A stretch of DNA of 64,000 nt from an uncultured Chloroflexia bacterium (GCA_963725875.1 CAVRZZ010000004.1:279758-343757); one strand, 5' to 3'; counted from the stretch's first letter, positions 43,455 to 53,364 are shown. Program-made: numbers and translations. The notes: generated by a model from the letters alone, not told the origin.

Positions 43455-44306
43455 TCACTTACGGCCGCCGCCGCCGCCGCCCACCACGTTGATGACGATG
43501 GTGACCGTGTCCGGCGCGGTCGGGTCGGAGACGTAGGTCCCCGCGTCGACCCCCGTGATGGTGACCGACGGGATCGAGAACGTGATCTCGTACAGGCCCG
43601 CGGCCGTCACGCGCAGGTTGTAGCCGTATACGACGGCGCCGCCCGCGTTGATCTCGGCGGTCGGGTTGGAGCCCGGCTGCACCACGATCGCACCGGTGGC
43701 GTAGTTCTTGACGGAGAACGTTGCAGCTCCGTCGAAGACCCGCACGGGGCTGAATGTCGTCGGGGTGGCGTGGTGGGTCTGGCCGCCGTCGTCAGACGCG
43801 GCGAGGGTCCCATACGCGGATTCGCGGTCGAGCTTGTCCGGCTCCAGCTTGGCGACGGTGTAGCCGTCCATCGTCACGCCCGTGAAGTCGAACAGGCCGA
43901 GCTCCACGCGGATCGGCTTGCCGACCATCAGCTTCGCGTCGCCCGACAGGTTGTCTCCCCAGGCGCCCGTCGCCGATGCCGCCGTCGCGGTGTAGCACTG
44001 GGCCTGCCACTTGTGCACGCCCTGCACGTAGTAGTACGCGTCGGGATCGATCGGGTACCCGGTCTTCGGGGCACCGGCGGGCGGCACGAGCACCGACGGC
44101 GTCCCCACGCCGCACGTGACACCCGTGAAGCCGCCGCTGACCATGATCGTCGGCACAGACAGGTTGTTGGTGAGCGTCTCCTCACCGCCCCCGCCCCCGC
44201 CGCCCCCGCCACCGCCTGGTCCCTTGGCCAGCACGCTGGCCGGCAGCAGCAGGGCCATGACGACGATGAGGATGAGAGGCGAGACCGCGCGTGACCTGCG
44301 GTTCAT
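43455..44306 (-). CDS. secreted protein of unknown function with Gly-rich linkers
   Basis: Signal 'MNRRSRAVSPLILIVVMALLLPASVLA', (G)13 linker, and C-terminal GGGGGRK. Confidence 0.65.
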   Translation of the reverse strand: MNRRSRAVSPLILIVVMALLLPASVLAKGPGGGGGGGGGGGEETLTNNLSVPTIMVSGGFTGVTCGVGTPSVLVPPAGAPKTGYPIDPDAYYYVQGVHKWQAQCYTATAASATGAWGDNLSGDAKLMVGKPIRVELGLFDFTGVTMDGYTVAKLEPDKLDRESAYGTLAASDDGGQTHHATPTTFSPVRVFDGAATFSVKNYATGAIVVQPGSNPTAEINAGGAVVYGYNLRVTAAGLYEITFSIPSVTITGVDAGTYVSDPTAPDTVTIVINVVGGGGGGRK

Positions 44307-44446
44307 CGGTGTCCTCCCCGGGAGGGGCGGCCTCGATCATCGGACGAGGCTCCCTTCCCCAGCATTCACCGGCGATCCGCGTCGGTGAGCGGTCGCGCCG
44401 GTCAGGCGCGACCACTACATGGTCGGGACCCGAGAGTGCGGCGTCG

Positions 44447-45220
44447 TCACCCGTTCCGACGCTCGCTCATCACCGGAACCGGTGATTCCGTCGGCTCGTC
44501 GGCGAGATGGTGCGGGCAGATGTCCGTCGCCGTCAGGTATCCGCAGTGGAGCGCCGCCCGCACAGCGTCCGAGCGCCCGCGAACGCCAAGCTTCCCGTAG
44601 ATGTGCGTTAGATGGGTCTTTGCGGTGTTGGGCGACACGAACAGCCGGCTGGCGATCTCGTCGACGGGAATGCCAGTTGCCGCCAGGCGAAGAACCTCGA
44701 GCTCGCGTGCGGTGAGCTGCTCGATCACGCCGCGCCCTCCCGGGGCCGCCGGCAGTCGAGCCGTGGTCGGGTTCGCCACCTGGGTCCGCGCGCGCACGGC
44801 GCGGGGCACGAGCACGATGAACGCGGCCCCGGTCAGCACGTACGTCAGCACCTGGACGTACGCGTGCGGAGTGTCGAAGACACGATCGACGGTGATCACG
44901 GAGCCTGCCGTGGCTACCACGCCGCCGGCGACCAGGGCGGTCGTGGCAGGCCCGGGCCCGAACAACAGTGCTATGCCGATCACCAGGGTCAGGACCACCA
45001 GAAGGTGCGTGCCGTGGTCGAGATCCAGGATGCCCAGCTCGAGGAAGGCGACGGCGCCCGCGACGGCCACGAGGGCCGCGGCGTGGCGGACAGAGGAACG
45101 AGTCCTGGATTCTGCCGGCCGGTCGAACAGATCGGTAGCAGCGGCACCGATGCTCACGGCGACGCTCCCTTCCCCGGATTCGCAACTGTCGCTCCCCGCT
45201 GCGTCGGACACAAGTACCAA
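44447..45220 (-). CDS. membrane-anchored LuxR-family HTH protein
   Basis: 3-4 predicted TM helices followed by 'LTARELEVLRLAATGIPVDEIASRLFVSPNTAKTHLTHIYGKLGV'. Confidence 0.65.
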   Translation of the reverse strand: MVLVSDAAGSDSCESGEGSVAVSIGAAATDLFDRPAESRTRSSVRHAAALVAVAGAVAFLELGILDLDHGTHLLVVLTLVIGIALLFGPGPATTALVAGGVVATAGSVITVDRVFDTPHAYVQVLTYVLTGAAFIVLVPRAVRARTQVANPTTARLPAAPGGRGVIEQLTARELEVLRLAATGIPVDEIASRLFVSPNTAKTHLTHIYGKLGVRGRSDAVRAALHCGYLTATDICPHHLADEPTESPVPVMSERRNG

Positions 45221-45441
45221 AGGTCATGTGCACCGCCTGGGGAACGCGAAGTGACGCCGCCCGCGCGACGGATGGCGGCCCGAGGCCGCCGCGGACCGGC
45301 CGCCGCGATGCCGACGGCCCTGGGCTCCACCAGGGGTCGCCAGGCTTCAGGCTGGGCGGCCTCTCGCGCCCCGGACTCCTGGAGCAGGCACCGCGCCCGA
45401 GTCGCCCGGCGATCCAGCCAGACAGGTCCGCGAGACGGGCA

Positions 45442-46575
45442 TCAGGGGCGGCTCGAAGGCGAGGCAGAGCCGATCGGGCCTCCCGCGTCCTGATTCGAGC
45501 CACCGCTGGGTCGCGGGGTCGCGCCGCCTCCGCCGCCCGATGACCCAGGGCCCGACCCGCCGCTCGGGGTCGCAGGTGGCTGGGCGGTCGTCCGCGGTGT
45601 GGCCCGAGGAGTCGAGCCCGGCGCGGCCGAGGGCCTTGGTGTGGGACCAGGTGTCTTGGCGGGACCGGGAGAGGCCGGCGGCCCGGTGGCTCCGGCGGGT
45701 GCTGGAGGCGCCGTCGGCCCGGGTGAGGGAGGTCCGGCCCCACCGGGCGTTCCGGGGCCGCCGGTGGCGCCGGGCGTGCCTGGCTTCTGCGAGCCCCGCG
45801 TCGACGGAATGCTGCTCGGCAGCGGTTCCCCGGTGCCCGACGGGCCAGGGCCGGGCCCGGGGCCTCCGCCCGGCTCCCCGAGCGCGCCGAGGAGCAGACG
45901 AGCCGCGACCTGGGCCTCGAGGCGGGCCCCGTCCAGTGCAGGGTCACCGGCGCCGATCATCGACAAGACCTCGAGCTGCGCCCGGACCCGGACCGCAAGC
46001 TCCGCTGCCGTCGGCGCGTCTACGGGACCTCCGTCTGCGGATTCGATGGCAATCGCGGCGTAGGCTCGGAGGGCGGCCACGGTGGACCCAGCATCGCCAT
46101 GAACCGAGGCGGCGGACGCCTCGGAGATGCGGGCGTCGAGTCGCTCCACCTGCGCCCGGGTCCGATCGTCCGGCGATCCGGGCAGGAACAGCTCCTCCGA
46201 CGCGACGCGAGCGCCGTACAACGGTCCGCCGGGGACGGACGCCGCGACGGTCCCCAGGCTCATCGCAAGCAGCAGGCCTGCCGCAATGAGGACGAGGGCT
46301 GGGCGGTGCCCGCCCCGGCGGATCTCGGGCGCCGCACCGGCCGGGGGAAGGGCGCGACCGGGGGCACCCTGGAGTGCGTTGGCTCGATCTGTCGTCGCGG
46401 CGAAGGCACCGAGGACGGCGGCCCGGCTGGCCGTGAGGCGAGGGTCCTCGGGATCGGGATCCAGGGCCGCGGCCATCCTCACCATGCGGACGGGAAGGTC
46501 GCCGGCATCGCCATCCCACGCGGGGCCTGCGGGTTTGTGCGGGAGGCGCTTGTGCAGCCGATCGAGGAGGCTCAT
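45442..46575 (-). CDS. putative anti-sigma factor-like membrane protein (single TM, Pro/Gly-rich C-terminus)
   Basis: The start 'MSLLDRLHKRL' overlaps the sigma stop (ATGA). TM 'ALVLIAAGLLLAMSLGTVAASV'. Long PGT-rich tail. Confidence 0.6.
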   Translation of the reverse strand: MSLLDRLHKRLPHKPAGPAWDGDAGDLPVRMVRMAAALDPDPEDPRLTASRAAVLGAFAATTDRANALQGAPGRALPPAGAAPEIRRGGHRPALVLIAAGLLLAMSLGTVAASVPGGPLYGARVASEELFLPGSPDDRTRAQVERLDARISEASAASVHGDAGSTVAALRAYAAIAIESADGGPVDAPTAAELAVRVRAQLEVLSMIGAGDPALDGARLEAQVAARLLLGALGEPGGGPGPGPGPSGTGEPLPSSIPSTRGSQKPGTPGATGGPGTPGGAGPPSPGPTAPPAPAGATGPPASPGPAKTPGPTPRPSAAPGSTPRATPRTTAQPPATPSGGSGPGSSGGGGGATPRPSGGSNQDAGGPIGSASPSSRP

Positions 46576-47153
46576 GCGGGGCCTCCGTCCATCTCCGCGC
46601 CAGCCGGCCCGAGAATTCCCCGGAGAGCAGCCAGTGCGCGGTGCTGGAGGACCCTGACGGCGCCGTTGCTCCGTCCCATCAGGACGGCGGTCTCCGCCGG
46701 CGAGAGTTCGGCAAAGAACCGCCAGACAAGGACCTCGCGCTGGTCGGCCGGCAGCGCGCCGAGCGCCTGGCGGAGGACTGCACGGTCCTGGTCCTGTTCT
46801 GCGGCGGCGACAGGATCCCCCGCGTCCGACGCCCGGTCGATGGCATCCTCCAGCGGTACTCCCGGGTGGGCAGTGCGCCGATGGTCGATCACGGCATTCC
46901 GGGCGATTCGAAAGACCCACGCTCCGAAGGGGAGGCCGCGCGAGCGATACCGGGGAAGCGCCTCGATCATCTTGACGAACGTCCGCTGGAGAAGCTCCTC
47001 GGCGACATCGGCGTCGCCGAGCTGGTGACGCAGAAACCTCCGGACGCGTGGGGCGTAGGCGTCATAGAGGCCGGCAAACGCGGCCGCGTCGCCCGCGGCC
47101 GCACGACGAACGAGTGCGTCGATGACGGCTTCGTCGCGGTGAGGATCGTCCAT
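46572..47153 (-). CDS. ECF (group IV) sigma factor
   Basis: 'FAGLYDAYAPRVRRFLRHQLGDADVAEELLQRTFVKMIEAL' is region 2. 'QREVLVWRFFAELSPAETAVLMGRSNGAVRVLQHRALAALR' is region 4. Confidence 0.85.
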   Translation of the reverse strand: MDDPHRDEAVIDALVRRAAAGDAAAFAGLYDAYAPRVRRFLRHQLGDADVAEELLQRTFVKMIEALPRYRSRGLPFGAWVFRIARNAVIDHRRTAHPGVPLEDAIDRASDAGDPVAAAEQDQDRAVLRQALGALPADQREVLVWRFFAELSPAETAVLMGRSNGAVRVLQHRALAALRGILGPAGAEMDGGPA

Positions 47154-47290
47154 CGAAGGAGCCAGGTCACCTCCACGGCTTCCTGGTCGGCCGACCCTTG
47201 GTCGACGGGCCGGCCGGCAGCATTCCCATGATGGTGCTGCATTGGTCGACCCGTCCGCTCGTCACGCCCGTGAAGACGAGATGGGCTGGC

Positions 47291-47929
47291 TCACGACCCG
47301 TGACGCCCACCCGGCGCACCGTTCGGATCGGGCGGGCAGGTCGACGAAGGGTCCGGGCTCGTCGTTGAAGCCGGGCCCGGCCCCGCCTGCGCCTGGGCCT
47401 GCTGCTGCGCCTGGGCCTGCTGCTGCGCCTGGGCCTGCTGCTGCGCCTGGGCCTGCTGCTGCGCCTGGGCCTGCTGCTGCGCCTGGGCCTGCTGCTGCGC
47501 CTGGGCCTGCTGCTGCGATCGAACCCGCTGCGGGCTCTGCGGCCCGGGCGCGGTGGCCGCCCCATCTCGGACCTGTTCGCGATCGCGGTCCCCGTCATGG
47601 TCGCAGAGCGCACCCGGGTCACACTCTTGGTCCCGATCCCGATCCCGATCCCGGTCGCCGTCCCGGTCCCGATCCTGATCCTGATCGCGGTCGCCGGCGA
47701 CGATCACGACGTCGGCGGTGACAATGGTGGCGTGGCTGCGATCCTGGTCTCGGAGCTGATCCTGGGCGCCGAGACGCGTCTGGTCACGGTCCTTCGCGAC
47801 GCTCATGTCCGCGCCGACAGGCACGGCGGCCGGTGTGCTCGACGCCAGCGCGAGCGTCGCCACGACGGCACCGCCACTCACCACGGCGGCAATCTTCGCG
47901 GCAAGGGCGACGGGGATGATGCCAATCAT
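47291..47929 (-). CDS. secreted low-complexity protein (signal peptide, Asp/Arg dipeptide-rich region, (QQQAQA)n tract)
   Basis: 'MIGIIPVALAAKIAAVVSGGAVVATLALASS' is signal-like. The coding strand was chosen because of the signal peptide. The plus-strand alternative encodes (PGPAAA)n without a start context. Confidence 0.5.
   Translation of the reverse strand: MIGIIPVALAAKIAAVVSGGAVVATLALASSTPAAVPVGADMSVAKDRDQTRLGAQDQLRDQDRSHATIVTADVVIVAGDRDQDQDRDRDGDRDRDRDRDQECDPGALCDHDGDRDREQVRDGAATAPGPQSPQRVRSQQQAQAQQQAQAQQQAQAQQQAQAQQQAQAQQQAQAQQQAQAQAGPGPASTTSPDPSSTCPPDPNGAPGGRHGS
47385..47520. repeat. 18-bp perfect tandem repeat (gcctgggcctgctgctgc) x7.5
   Basis: Read directly. It encodes (QQQAQA)n on the minus strand. 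Confidence 0.8.
47630..47695. repeat. hexanucleotide microsatellite-like tract (GATCCC/GGTCCC/GATCCT variants)
   Basis: 'tcccgatcccgatcccgatcccggtcgccgtcccggtcccgatcctgatcctgatc' read directly. It encodes the (RD)n-rich region. Confidence 0.5.
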
Positions 47930-48205
47930 CGCGATGTCCTCCGGGCCGGCGGCGGGCCCCTGCCCGGAGAGGCGCCGTTCCCGTTCGACCCGCAGCAACG
48001 AACGGGCGGCACTCCTGTTACGGCCAAGCGCCTGCCGTCACGCTCCATGCTGGGGTTCGGGACGTTCGGCCCTCGCCCCGCGCATCACGGACGCCCACGC
48101 TAAGCGGTTGGCGGGGAGCTCTGACACGCGGTCCACGCCCCGGCCGCCCGGACCGCGCCGAGCCACTGGCGAGACCGACCCGCGGTGAAGCCTCAGGAGG
48201 TTCCC

Positions 48206-49390
48206 GTGCGCTGGAACCACTCGGTCTCGCGAGGGGTCGTCGCCTTGGTCGTCGCCACGATCCTGGTTGTGGGCGCCGCTGGTCCGCCCCCGGTCGCAGC
48301 AACCACGCCCGGGGCGGAGGCGGTCATCGTCGTGTTCCGCGACAGCGTTCTGGATCCGGTCGCGGTGACGGCCCGGATGGCCCGGGACCATGGGTTCGCG
48401 GCTGATCACGTGTACCGGTATGCGCTGAAGGGGTTCTCGGCAACGCTGCCGGCGCGGGCGCGGCAGGCCCTGCTGCGCAGCCCCAACGTCGCCTACATCG
48501 CGCCCGACGCCGTGGCGACCCTGGCGGACACGCAGACCGGTGCCACCTGGGGGCTCGACAGGATCGACCAGCGGTCACGGACCCTCGACGGCCTGTACCA
48601 CTACGCGGCGACCGGCGTCGGCGTCACGGCGTACGTCATCGACACGGGCATCCGACTCTCGCACGAGGAGTTCGAGGGCCGCGCCTCCACGGGGTTCAAC
48701 TTCCTCGGCGACGGGGTCGATGAGTGCAACGGCCACGGGACGCACGTGGCCGGGACCATCGGCGGGAAGACCTACGGCGTGGCCAAGGGCGTCACGCTCG
48801 TCTCGGTGCGGGTCTTCCCCTGCATCGGCGAGACCCCGGACAGCGAGATCATCAGGGGACTCGACTGGATGATCGGCGCCCACCAGGAGGGCGACCCAGC
48901 GGTCGCCAACATGAGCCTCAGCGGGCCGATCAACCTGGCGCTCGACGATGCCGTGCGAAACGCCATCACGGATGGCATCAGCGTCGTCATCGCAGCCGGG
49001 AACGGTACCGACAACGACTGGCGGGCCGTGGATGCCTGTGGCTTCTCGCCGGGTCGCGTCGCCGAGGCGATGACCATGGGGGCCACCACCAGCAAGGATC
49101 AGAAGGCCTCGTTCTCGAACTACGGCCCCTGCGTCGACTGGTTCGCCCCCGGGGCCTCGATCACGTCGGCGTACGACTGGAGCGACACGGCCTTCGCGAC
49201 CATGAACGGCACGTCCATGGCGACCCCGCACACCACGGGCGTCGCCGCTCTCTACCTGGAGACGCACCCTTCGGCGACTCCGGCCGCTGTGCGGGACGCG
49301 CTCTACGCGGCGTCGACGAAGGGGATCGTCAAGTCGTCGAGATCAACCAACAACCACCTGCTGTACAGCATCACCGGCGCATCGGACTGA
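48206..49390 (+). CDS. secreted S8-family (subtilisin-like) serine peptidase with I9 propeptide
   Basis: AGGAGG then 5 nt then GTG. Catalytic 'YVIDTGI' (Asp), 'HGTHVAGT' (His), 'GTSMATPH' (Ser). An alternative ATG start is at 48185. Confidence 0.85.
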   Translation: MRWNHSVSRGVVALVVATILVVGAAGPPPVAATTPGAEAVIVVFRDSVLDPVAVTARMARDHGFAADHVYRYALKGFSATLPARARQALLRSPNVAYIAPDAVATLADTQTGATWGLDRIDQRSRTLDGLYHYAATGVGVTAYVIDTGIRLSHEEFEGRASTGFNFLGDGVDECNGHGTHVAGTIGGKTYGVAKGVTLVSVRVFPCIGETPDSEIIRGLDWMIGAHQEGDPAVANMSLSGPINLALDDAVRNAITDGISVVIAAGNGTDNDWRAVDACGFSPGRVAEAMTMGATTSKDQKASFSNYGPCVDWFAPGASITSAYDWSDTAFATMNGTSMATPHTTGVAALYLETHPSATPAAVRDALYAASTKGIVKSSRSTNNHLLYSITGASD

Positions 49391-50138
49391 GCCAGGTGGT
49401 GAACGGCGGCCCAGAGTCGGGCGATCTGAACGCGTCTACGACCGCGCGGGCCTCGGATGGAGCGACCCCGGTCCGAACGAGGAGTTCACCCACTGGTCCC
49501 AGGTGATCGCGGACCTGCACGCGGCTCGCCCGCCTAACGGGAACGCGTTCGAAGCTGGCAATCCTCACCATCACCTGCGTCTGCATCGGCGCCAAGCCGT
49601 GCTTGGGAGTTCGTTCCCAGGCTCTGAGTCCGCGGCTCCATCTCGTCCACCAACCACCCACGCGACCCGAGGTCCCCACCGCGGCCTGGATCAACCCGCC
49701 GGCGAGAAGGGAGGAGCCACCTCAGTAGTCAGCTGAGGTGCGGAGTGCCGTGTATCTCACGCGTAAGGCTCGGTCTGGCGGGGACACGACTCCAGCGACC
49801 CCTCGGATCGGGCGGGAGGCCACCCGCGGCGCGTCCGCTCGTCAGGCGAGAGCGGCGACTGGCCGTCGCGGACGAGGTCTGCCGGCGTCCGCAGGACGTC
49901 CCTTATGTCGGGCTGGAGGTTCGCCGGGTCGGTGAGCCGCGACCACGAGCGCCGGCCTACAGACACTGTTCAGCGTTGTGACGACGCTCTCTCAGCCGTC
50001 CATTGGGACGGCGCTTCCCACTGGCCAGACCGGGAGCCTACTGCCGACGCCGGGCTCGATTCGCAAATCACAAGACTCGGCTTGAAGCGCCGCACCACTG
50101 AAGGTGATTGACCGTCGGACTCGAAGCTCGACCGGAAT

Positions 50139-51047
50139 ATGTCGACGATCGTCTGCGTCATCTGCGCGACGGGCTGCCGCGTCGCGCCGGGGGGAAAGGG
50201 GGCGAACCAAGCGGCCGCCGCCGCGGCGATGGGCAGCAGCGTGACGTTCGTCGGCTGCGTCGGCGACGACCCGGAGGCGACCCTCGCGATTGCGTCGCTG
50301 ACCGAGCGTGGAATCGACATCTCGCAGCTCGCTCGCCACCCCGGAACAGCGACGGGGACGGCCGCGATCTTCGTGGACGACCGCGGCGAGAATGTCATCG
50401 CAGTCGATCCCGGCGCGAACCATCTGCTCTCTCCGGCCACGGTCGCGGAGCACCTGGCGTCGACGCGGTACGACGTGGTCCTCGCCCAGCTGGAGATCGA
50501 CGCGAAGGCGGTCCTTGCCGCGGCGAAGTCCAGCTCGAACGCCACCTTCATCCTGAACCCGGCGCCGATCCCGGCGGATGCCGCCACCTTGCGAGAGCTG
50601 CTCCAGCATGCGGATGTAATCGTCCCGAATCGGCCGGAGCTGGCCCGTCTCTCCGGGGCGCCGGTCCCGGCCACCCGTGAGGCGCTCGATGGCTGCGTCC
50701 GACGGCTCGGGTTCTCCGGCATCCTGGTCGTCACGCTCGGCGCGGATGGCGTCGTGGTGTACGAGGGCGGGGCTGACGGGAGGCGCGCGACGTGGATCGA
50801 GCCGGTGAGGGTGCAAAGCGTGGACACCACCGGCGCGGGCGACGCGTTCTGCGGCGTCCTCGCGCACGTACTCGCCGCGGGGGGCGACGTCATCGAGGCT
50901 GCCCGCCGGGCGAACGAGATGGCGGCCTTCAGTACGACGGTCGCGGGTGCCCGCGTCCCGCTCGATCTCCTCGCCACCGCGGCAAGCGCCGATGTCAGAG
51001 CGGCAAGTCGGCCGCCAAGGAGTGGAGCGCAAGCCCGACCGACATGA
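50139..51047 (+). CDS. PfkB/ribokinase-family carbohydrate kinase with an abnormally short N-terminus
   Basis: 'GGKGANQA' lies only 18 aa from the start (normally about 35-40). 'DTTGAGDAF' anion hole is present. It may be a truncated or degenerate copy. Confidence 0.65.
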   Translation: MSTIVCVICATGCRVAPGGKGANQAAAAAAMGSSVTFVGCVGDDPEATLAIASLTERGIDISQLARHPGTATGTAAIFVDDRGENVIAVDPGANHLLSPATVAEHLASTRYDVVLAQLEIDAKAVLAAAKSSSNATFILNPAPIPADAATLRELLQHADVIVPNRPELARLSGAPVPATREALDGCVRRLGFSGILVVTLGADGVVVYEGGADGRRATWIEPVRVQSVDTTGAGDAFCGVLAHVLAAGGDVIEAARRANEMAAFSTTVAGARVPLDLLATAASADVRAASRPPRSGAQARPT

Positions 51048-52122
51048 CGGACTCGTCGAACAGGACGTTGTTGGAATGGTTGAAGGCCGTTCGCTCGTCA
51101 ACCTGCGCACCCAGATAGAGCATGGCGCCTGGCCAGCGGTGCAGGAAGTAGGCGAAGTCCTCGATCACCATGGAGGGTTGGGGCATCTCGCGCACCGGTA
51201 GCCCGGGTCGCTCTGTGTCATGAGCGGCCGTGAGGGCGCCGAGGATCCCGGGATCGTTCATCACGGCTGGGTACCCGTCGATGACCTGGAGCGTCGCGCG
51301 TAGCCCAAGCGACGCGCCGACGTCGGCGGTCAGCGCGTGGAGCCGCTCGTGGAGGAATCCGCGGACCTCCTCACTGAGGGTCCGGATCGTTCCGCGCAGG
51401 GTTCCGCTCGCCGGGATGACGTTGACCGTGCTGCCGGCGATCGCCTCCGTGACGGTCGCGACCAGCGGCTCGCGCCTACCGAGATCGGACACGATGTCGT
51501 GGAGGCCACGGGTCCAGACTGTCATCGCGTCGATCGGGTTCGCGGTCAGGTGCGGAGCACTCGCATGTCCCCCGGGGCCTTCGAACACCACCCGGAACCA
51601 GTCGCCATACGCCATGAAGCACCCGGGCCGCGACATGACAACCCCGGCCGGCACGACGGCATTGACGTGGATGGCGAAGGCGACGGCGCTCGCCGGCAGC
51701 TCGCGCATCGCCTCGTGCTCGAGAACGGCGAGGGCGCCGCGGTCGGCCTCCTCGCCCGGCTGGAACGCGAGGACCACGTCGTGCGCGGGAGGCTCCGCGG
51801 AGAACAGCTCGGCCGCCCCGAGGAGCATCGCCATGTGCAGATCGTGGCCGCACGCATGCATTGCGCCGGGCACGTGCGACGAGAACGGCAAGCCAGTTCG
51901 CTCCTCAATGGACAGAGCATCCATGTCGGCTCGCAAGATTCGGGGCCGGCCGCCAGCGGTGCGACCTCGGATCTGGGCAGTGACGCCGCCGGCCTCCCGG
52001 ATCTCGGGCGCGAGGCCGAGTGCGTGGAGGTGGTCCCCGACGTACCGGTGCGTGGCCGGGAGTTCCAGTCCAACCTCAGGGTGGGCATGGAGATGTCGCC
52101 GGTGGTCGATCATGGATGACAT
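50995..52122 (-). CDS. M20D-family amidohydrolase (N-acyl-amino acid/hippurate hydrolase-like)
   Basis: 'MIDHRRHLHAHPEVGLEL', 'MHACGHD', 'QPGEE', 'GGHASAPH'. GAGAGGG RBS. It is the C-terminal 375 aa of a 742-aa read-through ORF. Confidence 0.8.
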   Translation of the reverse strand: MSSMIDHRRHLHAHPEVGLELPATHRYVGDHLHALGLAPEIREAGGVTAQIRGRTAGGRPRILRADMDALSIEERTGLPFSSHVPGAMHACGHDLHMAMLLGAAELFSAEPPAHDVVLAFQPGEEADRGALAVLEHEAMRELPASAVAFAIHVNAVVPAGVVMSRPGCFMAYGDWFRVVFEGPGGHASAPHLTANPIDAMTVWTRGLHDIVSDLGRREPLVATVTEAIAGSTVNVIPASGTLRGTIRTLSEEVRGFLHERLHALTADVGASLGLRATLQVIDGYPAVMNDPGILGALTAAHDTERPGLPVREMPQPSMVIEDFAYFLHRWPGAMLYLGAQVDERTAFNHSNNVLFDESVMSVGLALHSLAADLPL

Positions 52123-52356
52123 CAACGCCGCCGCCCTCTCGTGCCGCGGCCAGGTGCCCGATGGCGAGTCCATCACCGGATTGTAGGTCGCAGGAGGGAC
52201 CGGACGCCCTTCGGTCGGCCGTCGCATGCAGACAACGTCCGCACAGTCGCAGCGCGCCAGCGTTGCGAGCGCCAGGAGGGTTACCCCCGCTCCCAGGGAA
52301 GGAGTGAAGCCCGGATGATGACCTGGTCGGATGTTCCGCGTACCCTCACTTGAGGC

Positions 52357-53364
52357 ATGGTGAATCGCGCCCTGATCGGCTGGCTGCTTGACTCCGACCC
52401 CGCGCTGCGCTGGCAGGTCGAGCGGGACCTGCTCGACGCCCCGCGGGAGGTCTGGGTGGCGACGCGCGCTCGCGTCGCGACCGAGGGGTTCGGCGCGCGT
52501 CTGCTCGCCCTGCAGGATCCGGACGGTCAGTGGGCAGGCGGCGCGTTCTTCCCCCGCGGCTTCGACTTCAACGGGCCTGAAGCGGCGGAGGGGGCAGGCC
52601 AGCCGTGGACGGCGACGACATGGTCGCTGAACTCGCTCCGCGAGTGGGGCGTCGACGCCTCCGTGCTGACGGACACCGCCCAGCGCCTCGCGGCGAACAG
52701 CCGCTGGGAGTACGACGACCTGCCGTACTGGGGTGGCGAGGTCGACTGCTGCATCAACGGGTGGACGCTCGCGAACGGCGTCTGGCTCGGCGCCGACGTC
52801 GAGGGCCTCGCGTCGTGGTTCGTCGAGCACCGGATGGCCGACGGCGGCTGGAACTGTGAGTGGGTCGAGGGGTCGACCCGGTCGTCGTTCCACTCCACGC
52901 TGAACGCCCTCAAGGGCCTGCTCGCCCACGAGGCCGCGACCGGCGGGACCGACGAGTCGCGTGCCGCGCGCCGTGCCGGCCAGGAGTACCTGCTCGAGCG
53001 CGGGCTCATGCGTCGGCTGTCGACCGGCGAGGTGGTCGCTCCGTGGGTGACGCGGTTCGCCTACCCGTTCCGATCGTTCTACAGCGTGCTGAATGCCGCC
53101 GACTACTTCCGCGCCGCGTCCCTCGTCGACGGCACGTCGCCCGACCCGCGGATGGCGGACGCGATCGAGGCGATCCGCTCCGAGCGGCAGCCCGACGGCA
53201 CCTGGCTCCAGGCGCGGCGGCACCCGGGTCGAGTGTGGTTCGAGGTCGATGTGCCCGCAGGGGAGCCATCGAAGTGGCTCACGCTGTCCGGCGCGCGTGT
53301 CCTTCGGTGGTGGGACGCAGCGCAGGCGGGCCGCGGCGCAGGCGGCCGGGCCGCTACGCCTTGA
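52357..53364 (+). CDS. hypothetical protein with prenyltransferase/terpene-cyclase-like (alpha/alpha-toroid, 'DGxW') repeats
   Basis: Repeated 'DGQWAGG', 'DGGWNCEW', 'DGTWLQ' motifs. The assignment is tentative. Confidence 0.5.
   Translation: MVNRALIGWLLDSDPALRWQVERDLLDAPREVWVATRARVATEGFGARLLALQDPDGQWAGGAFFPRGFDFNGPEAAEGAGQPWTATTWSLNSLREWGVDASVLTDTAQRLAANSRWEYDDLPYWGGEVDCCINGWTLANGVWLGADVEGLASWFVEHRMADGGWNCEWVEGSTRSSFHSTLNALKGLLAHEAATGGTDESRAARRAGQEYLLERGLMRRLSTGEVVAPWVTRFAYPFRSFYSVLNAADYFRAASLVDGTSPDPRMADAIEAIRSERQPDGTWLQARRHPGRVWFEVDVPAGEPSKWLTLSGARVLRWWDAAQAGRGAGGRAATP

Noticed and set aside
47242-47721. Plus-strand 159-aa ORF encoding (PGPAAA)n over the 18-bp repeat
   Set aside because: The opposite strand provides a signal peptide and continuous secreted-protein-like context. 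The plus-strand ORF has no RBS and a junk N-terminus. The strand choice is kept tentative.
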